This document shows, piece by piece, positions 45,626 to 56,800 of a DNA stretch of 64,000 nucleotides (positions are counted from its first letter, which is position 1; each line of letters begins with the position of its first letter). The stretch lies in IMG/VR virus record IMGVR_UViG_3300050142_000050, positions 185,639-249,638 of that record. One strand, given 5' to 3'. The translations under genes and the position numbers were made by a program. Source of the DNA: a virus. Its lineage: Duplodnaviria > Caudoviricetes. The notes under the pieces are model-generated. The model did no database searches, was not told the origin of the DNA, and saw nothing but the letters and a program-made list of their open reading frames with translations.

Positions 45626-48600
45626 TGACTAGATATTCTTATCATTTCCGCAGCACTGCGGCCAACTATACTGAAGTAAATCCTTCAGTCTTCGTGGCCG
45701 GTGTGACCTCGTCCTCTTTGACCACAGTGAACGGACTTCGCTTCGGTTGGCTCTCGTCAGCGCCGTCGACGAACGGTAACTATTCGAGTGGGAATGTTCG
45801 AATCTCTGGTCGTCAGGGCGGTACCACCGATGGTGTAGCATTCACGGTCGAGCTTCCGGACGGTCCTGGTAAATACCGGATGTGGCTGGCCCTGGGCGTG
45901 CTGTCGTCGTCATCCACCCCTGGATATCGTCTATACGACGCATCCGGTAATCTCATCAAGAATACAGCCGGTACAAACCTCGATATCACCTCCGCAGCAG
46001 CTGTCCCTACCGGTAGTGTCATGGACGCCTCTGGTGCTACCGTGACGGTAGCCAACTGGCTATCGAGCGATGGTGGTACATATGTCGAGTTCACGACATC
46101 GTCTACGACTATTACCATCAAAAAGGCTGCAACCGTACCTTTCTACATCTCGTGTCTGGAACTCGAGTATCAGACGCTCCCCCTCCAGGGTGCATCTCTG
46201 ACTACTGAAGATGGTACTGGGGTTATCTCCAAGGTATACACCAAAGAGGTATTGGGTAAGAAGGTCGGTAAGATCAGTGCACCCATCGGTGCTCAGAACT
46301 TTACAGTACGAGGTAAGGCAGCAGCCTTCTTCTCGGTCACTGATATCAATGGTGAGAAATGGCTCACCACCGCTGGTAAGCGATTGTCTTCGAGTTTCGA
46401 TGGTAACATCGTGATCCGTCAGACTGCGACTGATGCCTCTACCTACGACTCGACGTTTACAGTACAGGTCGTCAATGTCTCTGGTCGACCCATCGTAGGA
46501 TTCCCGCTGGGTCAGATCACCAGTGAGACGTGGGTGGAACGCGAACGTACGCGTAAGACCATCGCCGCTGAGGAGATCACCAAATATGCTGGACAGCCGT
46601 TTGCGACCGATGTGACCTGCGGTGCGGATACAGATCTTCCGACAAAGATCCAAGCCGCGGCTGACGCATCGACGGGATCTTCGTGGCATCGTATCCGGCT
46701 TCAAAATGGTACTTGGAATACGGTTACCAACATCACTATCAATACCGATAAGGACATGGGTACTGGTGGTATCCTGATCGAGCCCGACAGTGGTCACAAT
46801 CCGATCATCTCCTCCATGTTCTACGGGAAGATGGCCATCCGTGGTCTTCGTATTCGGAACCTGACATTCGTACCTCCTGCTTTCCCGAACAGTAACTTCT
46901 CGATCGTTTTCTCGGCTGGTTCTAATCCCAATGTGAACTTCGCTGCTATTCGGTTCGACGGTAACCAGTTCGGTGCAGGCTTTGGTCCTAATTTCATCCC
47001 CAACGATCAGACCTCTGGAGTATTGTGGGGCAGTGCCCTCACCTCCATGTTTGCGGAACAGATCATCTTTGAGAACAACGAGTTCTACGGGATGGGCAAC
47101 TGCTTCGGTGTATACGGGGGTCGTATCCTGGTATCCCGTAACAATCGCTTCCGACAGGTCGTACGTGACTTTCATGCCATCGCGGGTGCCTATTACTACA
47201 ACACCCCCAGAGGGAAGTTTTCTGACGATCACTTCTACATGGAAATCTCCAACAACGATGCCTACGACAAGTTCGACGGTATCCAAGGTATGCCGGTGGA
47301 AACCACCCCGCACTCCGACTGGATCCAGACCCGTCGTCCTGACGCCTCGTATGCATTCGAAGCATACCCCAACGGAAGTACGTCTGCGCGATGGAAGGTA
47401 CTCCCCGATGGTACTGGAGGGTACAAGACTGTCAATCTGACTGAGAACCGCTATTATCAGGTGGTGAATGCCTCAGGCGGAGTAGATTCCAGTGGGTACA
47501 GGATCGGTATCGCAGATGATAACGTACCTCCAACCGGAACGGGTGATACCGTCTCTGGTCAGGTCACGTTCCGTTATCTGGGTGAGTATACCTTGAAGTG
47601 CGAGCTTCGGTTGCTCGTCGAAAATAACTTGATCTTCTCTACCGGTACATCGGTGGCATATGAATCCACAGTACCCAATCACCAGTTCGTCATCGATAGC
47701 GCCAGTGGCTTTGGAATGGATATCCGTGGGGTATTCATCAACAACATCAGTTGTACCCACAACATCCGAGGTATCTCTTCGGTCGGCACTATCCATGTCG
47801 AATACAACACTTTTGCCGCCGGAAGTAAGACTGTCACCAACGCATCGGGTGTGACCATGGGTCCGACGGCACCCAAGCTCGAAGGTGTCAAGGTACGAGC
47901 TTTCCGCAACATCATGGGTGTAGATACCACTACGAAGAAGGTATCCGTCTTCCAGACGAGTGGTACTCCATACGAGGACGGTAACCTTGCGGTTTCATTC
48001 TCGGTCTCATTTGCATCTGGTCTCAAACCTACTCAGGTGTTCAAGGGCCCGTTCGATGTGAGCACCAATGGTGACTACTATACATACAGCGATCTCCTGT
48101 ACGGTGGTAGTCGTACTCGTGATCAGATCAAACACGACGTCTCGAATCGGCTCCATCCGTCTGGATTGGTCGGTGCCCGCTCGAAAGAGACTCGATATCT
48201 CACCATCGCCGACAGCTCAGCCAAGCAAGCTTCGGCGTCCTTGACAGTCAGTCCGCAAATCGATGCCGGATATCGGTATCAGATTATTGATGCATACGAC
48301 AATCTGACAAATACCTCGATGGTCGCGACTAACTATGGTACGACGACGGTCGACACTACAAGGAAGATTCTGGGTAAAGCCTCTATTAAGTCACACCTCG
48401 GTTCAGTACCTTCTTCTGACGTATCCAGCTTCTCCCTAATCCGACCTTCCGCAGGATATCCTACACTCGGCGATGATGACGTTTATGCCATCTGTGTCGA
48501 GCTGGGTGATACTCCCATGAACGAAGTGTCGAGTGTCGATGTCGCGTTTGGTATAGCGTCGGCTACTTCGAACTCAGCCACCACCGGTGTCTATCGTACT

Positions 48601-50721
48601 ACCTACTACGACCCTGATAATCTAGGTACCTCCTTGGGTAGTTTCAGCCAGTATTCTTCTGGTCGGGTCTGGATTCCATTTGCTCCCAAGATCATGCGCG
48701 AACGCGTGAGTGGGAAAAGTGCATTGGAAGCATCATCTCCTCTCACGAAGACTTTCACGACTGTTTCCTATAACACCAATGCTCCTTTCTCTTCGAGAAA
48801 TGGTGAGGTGTATCTGGGAGGTGTCGTGAAACTCAAGTGGACTGCACCTTGGTTCTATCAGACCTACGATGACGCCAATGTCGAGCAGTATACCGTGGCA
48901 TTCCAACGGATGCTGTCGTACGGTATCCCTGGGACGATCTATCTACCCAGTGGTCTCATCGGCAGTAGCAATAAGCTGACTGTGGCGCATCTCCAGACTC
49001 TCAAAAGTAATGGGTGGATCATGGCAGTCGACTCCGGTCGTAATGATGAGTCTGCCACATACTTCGGTACACCAGACGGTCTTCTGGCAGAACTGGAACT
49101 GATCAAGACCTACATGCGTACCAACTCTCTGATGGAAGATGATGAAGCGAATGCTCGTCACATCTGTTGGAGCTACGGTGGGGGTTGGGCATCTACGCGT
49201 ACGCTCACGATGACGGCTACGAGCACTACCGACCTAGGTGTCGCATCGAGTGATACCACGCCATTCGCAGCCATCAAACCTGGTATGCGTATTTGGTACA
49301 GTGGATGTGCTCGAGGAATCAAAGTCGCCTCAGTGGGCAGTACCGCTCCTATCACCAGCACGGTACGCACAGATACCGCACATGGGATCGCTGTGGGTAC
49401 TTCTGTCTCGATCATCTTCTATGAATCTCTGTCGGTACAGAGTGGTCTCACCTCCACTGGAACCAATCAGGTCACTGTGGATACCGTGACTACGGCTCCT
49501 CTCATCTATACCGACATGATCGCTACGTGGTTCGGTGATTCGACCAACAAAGCGACAGTGACTGACGTCAATCTTGCGACAGGTGCCATCACCTTCGACA
49601 GGGTCATTCCTGCTGGCTTGATCCTTATGGACTTCTTCGATAAGAGCGGTCCTTGGGCTCATCCCAAACTGGCGGACAAGGTCATCGCGGCTGGATATCA
49701 GTCTGGTCGCCTAGGTGGTGTCCTTGGTGGACCATTCACCGCAGCGGGCGGTGTCAGTAAGCGTAGCTTGTTCACCGCTAACTCTATCCAGAATGAGTGT
49801 GTGTCAGGTTACAATGTACTGACTACAGCTGCCGGCTATCCGGTGGGTACCACCACTATCGCTACACAGAGTGCAAACACTGGCCGGCGTGGTAGCTACG
49901 TATCGGGCGATATGGTCAAGTTCGGTAACGATCTCAACTATTACCGAGTAGCCTCTCACATCTCCAACTCTCTGGTCCTTGCTACAGGTACAGATTTCAC
50001 CACTAAGACGTCCGGTTGGGCGATCGGTAATCTCTGTGCGAATACCACCGAGAAGCGCCTCTACCGAGTGATCTCGATCGAAGCTGGTACTGGAGTATCC
50101 GGTACAGTCAATCCGAGTATCCCTCCCACGGGTACTGGCGTCACTATCTCGGGTGGGGTGACCTTCCTCTACGACTCACCGTTGGGTCTGGCCCAAGCCA
50201 TCCCCGCCACTGCTACATCTGTGTACAGCGGATCGTGGCGTAAGGTGCGTACTGTCTCGACAGGTATCCCTAAGGGATCCTTGCAGATTCAGGTCAAGCC
50301 CGGTGGTGTCAAGTGCGAAGCACCTGGTGAGGTTGCTCCTACCACGGGATCTATCCCGGATGGGAGTCGGATCGTTATCGGTATGGACCCCAACTCCTAC
50401 GTCGTCGAGACGGGTATCGCTGATCTCTCTAAGGGAGGTACGATCACTCTGAAGACACCTCTCCAATTCGCTATCCCTGCGGGCAAGTCATATCCGATCG
50501 GATGTGGTGACCTCAAGGATACCCGAGGGGACATGATCGAGTTGAACATGAACATCATCACGATGCGTAATACCGTCGGATATGGTCACTATCAGCTCCA
50601 GCAGCATCATGATCAGTATTACATGAACTTCGACTTTGTCGCTGGTTTGCGTGATGCTGGTATGCTGCGTGTCGGAACTATCGTCGATGCCCAGGAGGAA
50701 TTCTCGGCATATGTAGTCTAA
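45625..50721 (+). CDS. 1698-aa tail fibre/spike-like protein: beta-helix, CBM-like repeats, split CE4 (NodB-like) deacetylase domain
   Basis: TAATG coupling; beta-helix repeats (IRNLTF, FENNEF, SRNNRF, ISNN); TYDD...GIPGTIY...LKSNGW CE4 pattern. Confidence 0.75.
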   Translation: MTRYSYHFRSTAANYTEVNPSVFVAGVTSSSLTTVNGLRFGWLSSAPSTNGNYSSGNVRISGRQGGTTDGVAFTVELPDGPGKYRMWLALGVLSSSSTPGYRLYDASGNLIKNTAGTNLDITSAAAVPTGSVMDASGATVTVANWLSSDGGTYVEFTTSSTTITIKKAATVPFYISCLELEYQTLPLQGASLTTEDGTGVISKVYTKEVLGKKVGKISAPIGAQNFTVRGKAAAFFSVTDINGEKWLTTAGKRLSSSFDGNIVIRQTATDASTYDSTFTVQVVNVSGRPIVGFPLGQITSETWVERERTRKTIAAEEITKYAGQPFATDVTCGADTDLPTKIQAAADASTGSSWHRIRLQNGTWNTVTNITINTDKDMGTGGILIEPDSGHNPIISSMFYGKMAIRGLRIRNLTFVPPAFPNSNFSIVFSAGSNPNVNFAAIRFDGNQFGAGFGPNFIPNDQTSGVLWGSALTSMFAEQIIFENNEFYGMGNCFGVYGGRILVSRNNRFRQVVRDFHAIAGAYYYNTPRGKFSDDHFYMEISNNDAYDKFDGIQGMPVETTPHSDWIQTRRPDASYAFEAYPNGSTSARWKVLPDGTGGYKTVNLTENRYYQVVNASGGVDSSGYRIGIADDNVPPTGTGDTVSGQVTFRYLGEYTLKCELRLLVENNLIFSTGTSVAYESTVPNHQFVIDSASGFGMDIRGVFINNISCTHNIRGISSVGTIHVEYNTFAAGSKTVTNASGVTMGPTAPKLEGVKVRAFRNIMGVDTTTKKVSVFQTSGTPYEDGNLAVSFSVSFASGLKPTQVFKGPFDVSTNGDYYTYSDLLYGGSRTRDQIKHDVSNRLHPSGLVGARSKETRYLTIADSSAKQASASLTVSPQIDAGYRYQIIDAYDNLTNTSMVATNYGTTTVDTTRKILGKASIKSHLGSVPSSDVSSFSLIRPSAGYPTLGDDDVYAICVELGDTPMNEVSSVDVAFGIASATSNSATTGVYRTTYYDPDNLGTSLGSFSQYSSGRVWIPFAPKIMRERVSGKSALEASSPLTKTFTTVSYNTNAPFSSRNGEVYLGGVVKLKWTAPWFYQTYDDANVEQYTVAFQRMLSYGIPGTIYLPSGLIGSSNKLTVAHLQTLKSNGWIMAVDSGRNDESATYFGTPDGLLAELELIKTYMRTNSLMEDDEANARHICWSYGGGWASTRTLTMTATSTTDLGVASSDTTPFAAIKPGMRIWYSGCARGIKVASVGSTAPITSTVRTDTAHGIAVGTSVSIIFYESLSVQSGLTSTGTNQVTVDTVTTAPLIYTDMIATWFGDSTNKATVTDVNLATGAITFDRVIPAGLILMDFFDKSGPWAHPKLADKVIAAGYQSGRLGGVLGGPFTAAGGVSKRSLFTANSIQNECVSGYNVLTTAAGYPVGTTTIATQSANTGRRGSYVSGDMVKFGNDLNYYRVASHISNSLVLATGTDFTTKTSGWAIGNLCANTTEKRLYRVISIEAGTGVSGTVNPSIPPTGTGVTISGGVTFLYDSPLGLAQAIPATATSVYSGSWRKVRTVSTGIPKGSLQIQVKPGGVKCEAPGEVAPTTGSIPDGSRIVIGMDPNSYVVETGIADLSKGGTITLKTPLQFAIPAGKSYPIGCGDLKDTRGDMIELNMNIITMRNTVGYGHYQLQQHHDQYYMNFDFVAGLRDAGMLRVGTIVDAQEEFSAYVV

Positions 50722-50733
50722 CTGGCTATGATG

Positions 50734-50766
50734 GATAGAGGAGGCCCCATCGGGGCCTCCTCTATC
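50734..50766 (+). terminator. intergenic hairpin, 15-bp stem
   Basis: GATAGAGGAGGCCCC-ATC-GGGGCCTCCTCTATC. Confidence 0.7.
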
Positions 50767-50801
50767 TACCTATGCTATTGAACTGATTAAGGAGAAAATG
50801 C

Positions 50802-53800
50802 GTGAGCATGTATGATTATCAGAGGGGTGTACGCGCAGCGACTCCTCAGGGGATCGACATCGAAGTCTCGACCTCGAAGACCGGTGTGGTGGCTCGCTAT
50901 CAGCGCTATCTGCGCGGTACATCTGAAAGTGCTATCAGCGCTACGCTCCCCAGTGGTGTGACTTTCAACACCACCTCTGGCGAATTGTCGCTCCCGACGG
51001 CTCTGACAGATGGTATTATCAAGGCAGGTAATATCACCGAGCAACTCGGATCGATGATCCTTTCGACACCCTTCAAACTGACGGGTAAGGCTCCCACGAT
51101 CTATCTCAACAATCTGGTACTGGTCAACCTGACTAGTGCATTCAGCCAACAGTGGGTATCGGCAGTTTATAATCTGACCTCCGGCTCCAATCGTTGGGCT
51201 ATGGCTAGTGATGGCTCAACGCTGTCGTTCTCCGGTGATGTACTAAGTGGTACCTTCTTGACCTATGGTGACATCGAAGTCGACGTCTATGAGGCTGCTC
51301 CTGGTTCAATACCTCCGACGCGAGTGTCGACCTCCGTCATTACAGTGAGTGCACCTTCTCTATCGAGTCTCGTACTGAGCGCGAACACTATCGCTGAGAA
51401 CACTCCTGCTGGTCAGACAGTGGGCGTACTCACAGGTATGACTCCTGGGACGACGCTGGAACTCTCGAACAGCGCAGGCGGTCGTTTCGCTCTGGTGGGT
51501 AACCACATCACTACGTCCAGTGTGAATGTGAACTACGAGTTCGCATCGACCTACGAAGTGCAGGTCACAGAGCGCATCGGTCTGACGAGTCGGAGTACGA
51601 CGTTCCAGATCTATACCACCAATGTATTCGAACAGCCTGATCTGAGTGTCTTGTCACTCTCGACCTCGAACTTCCGTTATACCGTCGGTAATACGGGTTC
51701 GATCGTGGGTGCTACGCCTGGATCGACGATCACTCCAGTGACACTCCCTGCTGGGTTCTCGATCGATTCATCAGCACGTACGTGGACGTGGGACGGTACG
51801 ACCCCTGTGGGTACCGTAACGATGGTCCTGCGTGAGACACTCAACGACTCCTCGAACTCCGGACGCACTTCGACGATTACGATCACAATCGTTAATCCGA
51901 CTGTGACTCTGGTACAGTTGTCGTTGAGCAAGAACCGAGCTACGCTCAATGCTGATTCAGAGCTCCTGATCATCGGAGCCACTCCTGGTTCTACGATCAC
52001 CGGTACTGTTCCCATCGGGATGTTCATCGATTCTACCAATAGGAAGATCACGGGTAAGCCCACCACTCCTGGTGTGACTGCGATCAACCTAATCGAAACT
52101 CACCCCTATGCCGCGAACAACAATAACCCGACGGTTATTTCGTTCGAAGTGGAGTTGGTTGGGACGATCACGCCCGGCACTACGTGGACTGGTGTATCTC
52201 AGAGTGGTTACACCTCCACTCCCACCGATCCGGTACGAACGACGGCCAAACCGATCCTACGTCCGATCGTGGTGCCTGAGCAGACCTTCAGTAGTACGCT
52301 CCTTTTCGGTTTCGGGGCAGGGGCTAACAATAAGGGTTCTCTCAAGAACATGGGTCTCAAGAAGGTCCGTGTCTACTTTGAGGGTAATGTCGTCGACATC
52401 CCTGAGCCCACGTATCAGACGATCAGTGATGCCAACGGTGTGGCTCGCACTTACTTCGGTTGGTGGGTACGTCTGGCACGTCCGAATTCCACCAACGGTA
52501 GTGGTGATGTTTACGCAGAAGCGGTGCCGCTCGACGACTCGATGCAGAGTCGTGTTATGGGTCCTTACACCTTCCACCTGAATGATGTGGTCTATGATCG
52601 CACTGTGACTGTGAACAGTACCCAGGCTGCGGTGGCTGGTTCGAACTACCAGACTCTGAGTGCGGCACTGACCTACCTCAAGAGTGTGGCTGCGCGTAAC
52701 CCCAAGATCACGTTCACGGGTGGTGGTCCTTACACACTGGCCGGTAGCGGTGGGGGTTCGTCCTACCGTATTTCTGGTTACTTCAACATTGAAGCGAGTG
52801 CTCCTGTCGTATTCAGTCAGGATACGTACAACTCAGCCTCCGACCAAGGTCGTTCGACCTACGATGGCCTCCACTTCATGGGGGCGAACATCACTATCGA
52901 TCTCAAGAACATCACGGGTATTTACCACGAAGGTACTACCAAGAAACACTGGATCGATGGTATCTCGTTGACCGACTCGTTTGGTCACTACCACATCTGG
53001 GATATCGGTACCTCTCGCCAGAATCTGGCGGCCTATGTCATCCGCAATGGTGGGTGGATTACGGAAGCCACTTTCACGAATCTGGCCAACCCTGGTGTCT
53101 CCGCAGACCTGGTCCGCGGATGTACGTTCACGGGTTGCTATTCGGACCTCGTGACGGATGCACGTTGTGTCGTTAAGACCACCAGCTCCGGTCTCCTGAA
53201 CACCGAATATACCGACGATCTCTTGGCCATGACTGTGGTCTATTCGGGCACTGAGAACACCGCCACGTTCTATTGGACTGGTACTTACAGCGCCGCATCG
53301 CGTACGTTCACGGCGACTTGGGGTTCGAATACAGCATCGTTTGTAGTGTACGGTAACGTATCCTACAAGACGTCGAATACTTACTGGTTCGCCGATGTGG
53401 TAAACTGGATCAATGGTCTGGGTAACGGTTGGAGTGCGACTCTCGTCGACAATACTCGTCGTGCGATGACCGCATCGACCGCGATGGGTAAGGCTGTCGC
53501 TACCAATAGTACTCCGATCAACGTGAAGGGCGTCACAGCTTCGATATATTCGATGCTCGATATCCACAGTGACTGGTACCAGCACACCGTCTCTGGTGCG
53601 GACACCAACGAGAACGTCTACGTTGCGAACAATATGCAGTACGACTCGATCTGTCAGAACTTCTTCTTGACAGGTCCTTCGAAGGACTTCTTGTTCTTCA
53701 ACAATGCGTTCCACACTCCTGTGAAGACGACTGGTTATGATCAGTCTGACAATCTCAGGTCGCAGTATGGGAGCACCCACAGTCACGTGGTGATCGCTCA

Positions 53801-56800
53801 CAATACGCATCAGAACCAGACACAGCGTCTGTCGAGTGGGTATATCCCTGACAGCTACTGTCTGTTTGCGAATAACTCTGTAAAGAGCTTCGAATGGGTA
53901 GCGGCCGCCACCGGTACACTGACCCTGACAGGTAACCATATCCACAGTGGTCAGGCTGTTGCGACATACATGGTCAATACATCCATCGGTGGGGATCTCT
54001 CGTCGTTGTATGCAGATTCACCAAACGGTGTCTTCTATCCGACCGCTACTCTGTACAACAACATGAAGCCGTCTGTCTTGGACTATGATGCTCGTGGTGT
54101 ACAGCGCGGGACGAGTTCAGTACCAGGCGCCTATGAACGCGCCGACTCACTGGGTGATCTGACACTCACCACGAACACCGTGGTGGAGAACAGCCCCGAA
54201 GGTACAGTCGTGGGTACGATCTCGGGTAAGACCGCTGGATCGACACTCGAACTGGTGAACACAGGTAGTGGGCGTTTTGCTCTCTCTGGTATCAACATCG
54301 TCACTACGGGTACGTCGACCGATTATGAGACGGCTACAGCGCATTCTCTGTCGGTACGTGAGACCCTCGATGGTTACATCAATAGCGGTAAGCTCAACAT
54401 CATGACGGTAAACGTCACGAATGTGTTCGAGAGTGCTTCTTTGGGTGTGTTGTCGTTCAGTAGTGTCATGCTGACGCAGTTCAGTGCTCAGTCCGGTACG
54501 ATCTCGGGTAAGACCGCTGGATCGACTCTGTCGATTTCTGGTAGCCTCCCTGCGGGTCTCACGATCGACCTGGTCAATCAGACTTGGGCGTGGAGTGGTA
54601 CTGGTACGATCGGCGTCTATGTGTTCGATATCGTCGAAACGCTTGCAGATAGCCAGAACTCCGGACGCACTTCGACGATCACTTTGATGGTGACTAACGA
54701 AGTTACTGCTGGTACCCGACTCGGTCTGGAGAATACGATCTCTACTATGTCGGCAGGTAATACTGTCACACAACCGAAGGGTGCTACAGTACTGGGTCCT
54801 CAGAACGGACGCGGTTATACGTTCACTCACTCTGACGTTCCGTATGGTACGAACATTGCATATTGTTGCTATGTCCGCACCGGGGCATCTAGTAACGGAT
54901 ATGTCCGTCTCGAGACTATCTTCGGCGTCAACGGATCGACCGGCGATACTGTCGTAGGTGGTGGTTTCTTTGCGATCACTGGTCTCTACAAGGGTTCCGG
55001 TGCTACGTCGACGGGTATCTCGAGGGATACTACAAACGGTCGTGTACAGACTCGCCGAAATGGTGCATCCTCATGGCAACTGTGGCCACAGACCACTGTC
55101 GGTGCGAGCTTGGCTAATATCCAGTTCATGCCCGACACTAACTATGCGGTCATCTATGGTGTCAAGAGTGTGAGTGGTTCTGACTACCCGTATCTCATAG
55201 TCGTCAATATGGCCGATGGTACGGTACAATCGCAGACTGGTGCGACAGCCATCGCCACACCGCGTCCTTCTGGTCCTCTCTGGAGTACCTATGGATGTAA
55301 GGGTACCGCTAGTGCAGACCGCTGTGGTTGGGGTGGTGATCTTGGCGAACTGATGGTCATGAGTGGTGGTACTGCGATCACTGAAGCATCGGCTGCTGAA
55401 TTGGCGAATGGTAAGTCATTCATCACGTTGGCATCGGAGTTCGGTGGTACGATTATCTTCCGCAATATGTTCGACTATCGCAAGGTCGCCGCGGATGGTA
55501 CTATCGCATCCGAGGTAGGTAGCACCGCTTCGATCATCGCCGGTGCGATCGGTATGCTCCCAGCACGTCGTCTCCGTCTGGGCAATGTCAAGCTCAACCG
55601 TCTCGGTAACTTCTGGGTGTTCCCGTTCGGACTCAATCAGACCTCAGGGGATGTTTGGTTCGAGGGTACAGCTCCTGCCGGTATGGTGGTTCGTTGCTAC
55701 ATCCGTTATACTGACGGTACGACAAGTGCTTATAAGGACGTTACTACTGACTCGAATGGGAAGTTCTCCACATTCATCGGCAGTCCGATCTCCAAGCGCT
55801 TCTATCGTTCGGCAGGTCCGGTGTCCAGTCCTGGTGAGTTTCACCATGAATGCGATGTCATGGATGTAGGTGCAGTCATTCCTACATTCGGTGGTACCGA
55901 ATCGTCGCTTATGTACTATCACTCTCACGTATCGACCTCCGATGGTACCGAGTCGACCACTCAGAACTCGGGCTGGTCTGCATCTACCGGGGTCGGATCC
56001 ACATCCGGACCATGGGGCTGTGTCCTCGATACTGTTGTATTCGGCACGACGACCGTACTGCCGATTCGAGCAATTTCGTCTAACCCGAGGCCCATCCTTT
56101 TGACGGGTGCTGGTAACCTTCCAGACGGTGCTGATAGTCTCGTTCGAAAGATCGTCACTGATCGCAATATCAGTGTTATGACGGTTAACCTGAGTCGAGG
56201 AAGTATCCTAGCCGAAGAGCTCGGACTCGACAATCGGACGGTAAGTCAATCGATCACTCTGTCAGGCACCGGTCCCTATACCGGTAGTGTGGCGATGACT
56301 CTGGCAACAATGAAGACCGCATTGTCCAATATTCTGGACTCAACCGACGCTAACGCCCTCATCCTGAATGCCACCATGGTGAATCAGGTACGTCCTGGTA
56401 CGTTCCAGCTCGATCTGGGTAGTGGTGTGGTGATCACTGACGTGAAGGTCGATGATGCGACGGGCACCTTGACCGGTCCTGGCGGTATCATAGGTACCAT
56501 CAAATATGTGGACACCACAACAACTAACACTCCAGCGTCGTTCTCGATTACGTTCCCGTCAGCACCGGCTTCCACTACCGGTACTTTGACCTATAGGCCG
56601 AAGTTCGAGCGACCTGACAACTCCAGTGCCTCTAAGACGACTGGTATCGACGGATACAGTCTGATCGACTGGGTTAACGGTACCGCAAACCTAGGCTTGC
56701 GTTATGGTTGGACTATCGGTACCATGTGGTACTCATCGGGGGAATCGGCCACGGACGCCGCGACACGGGCAAACTGTGTGGCGAAGACCGAACTCGTCCG

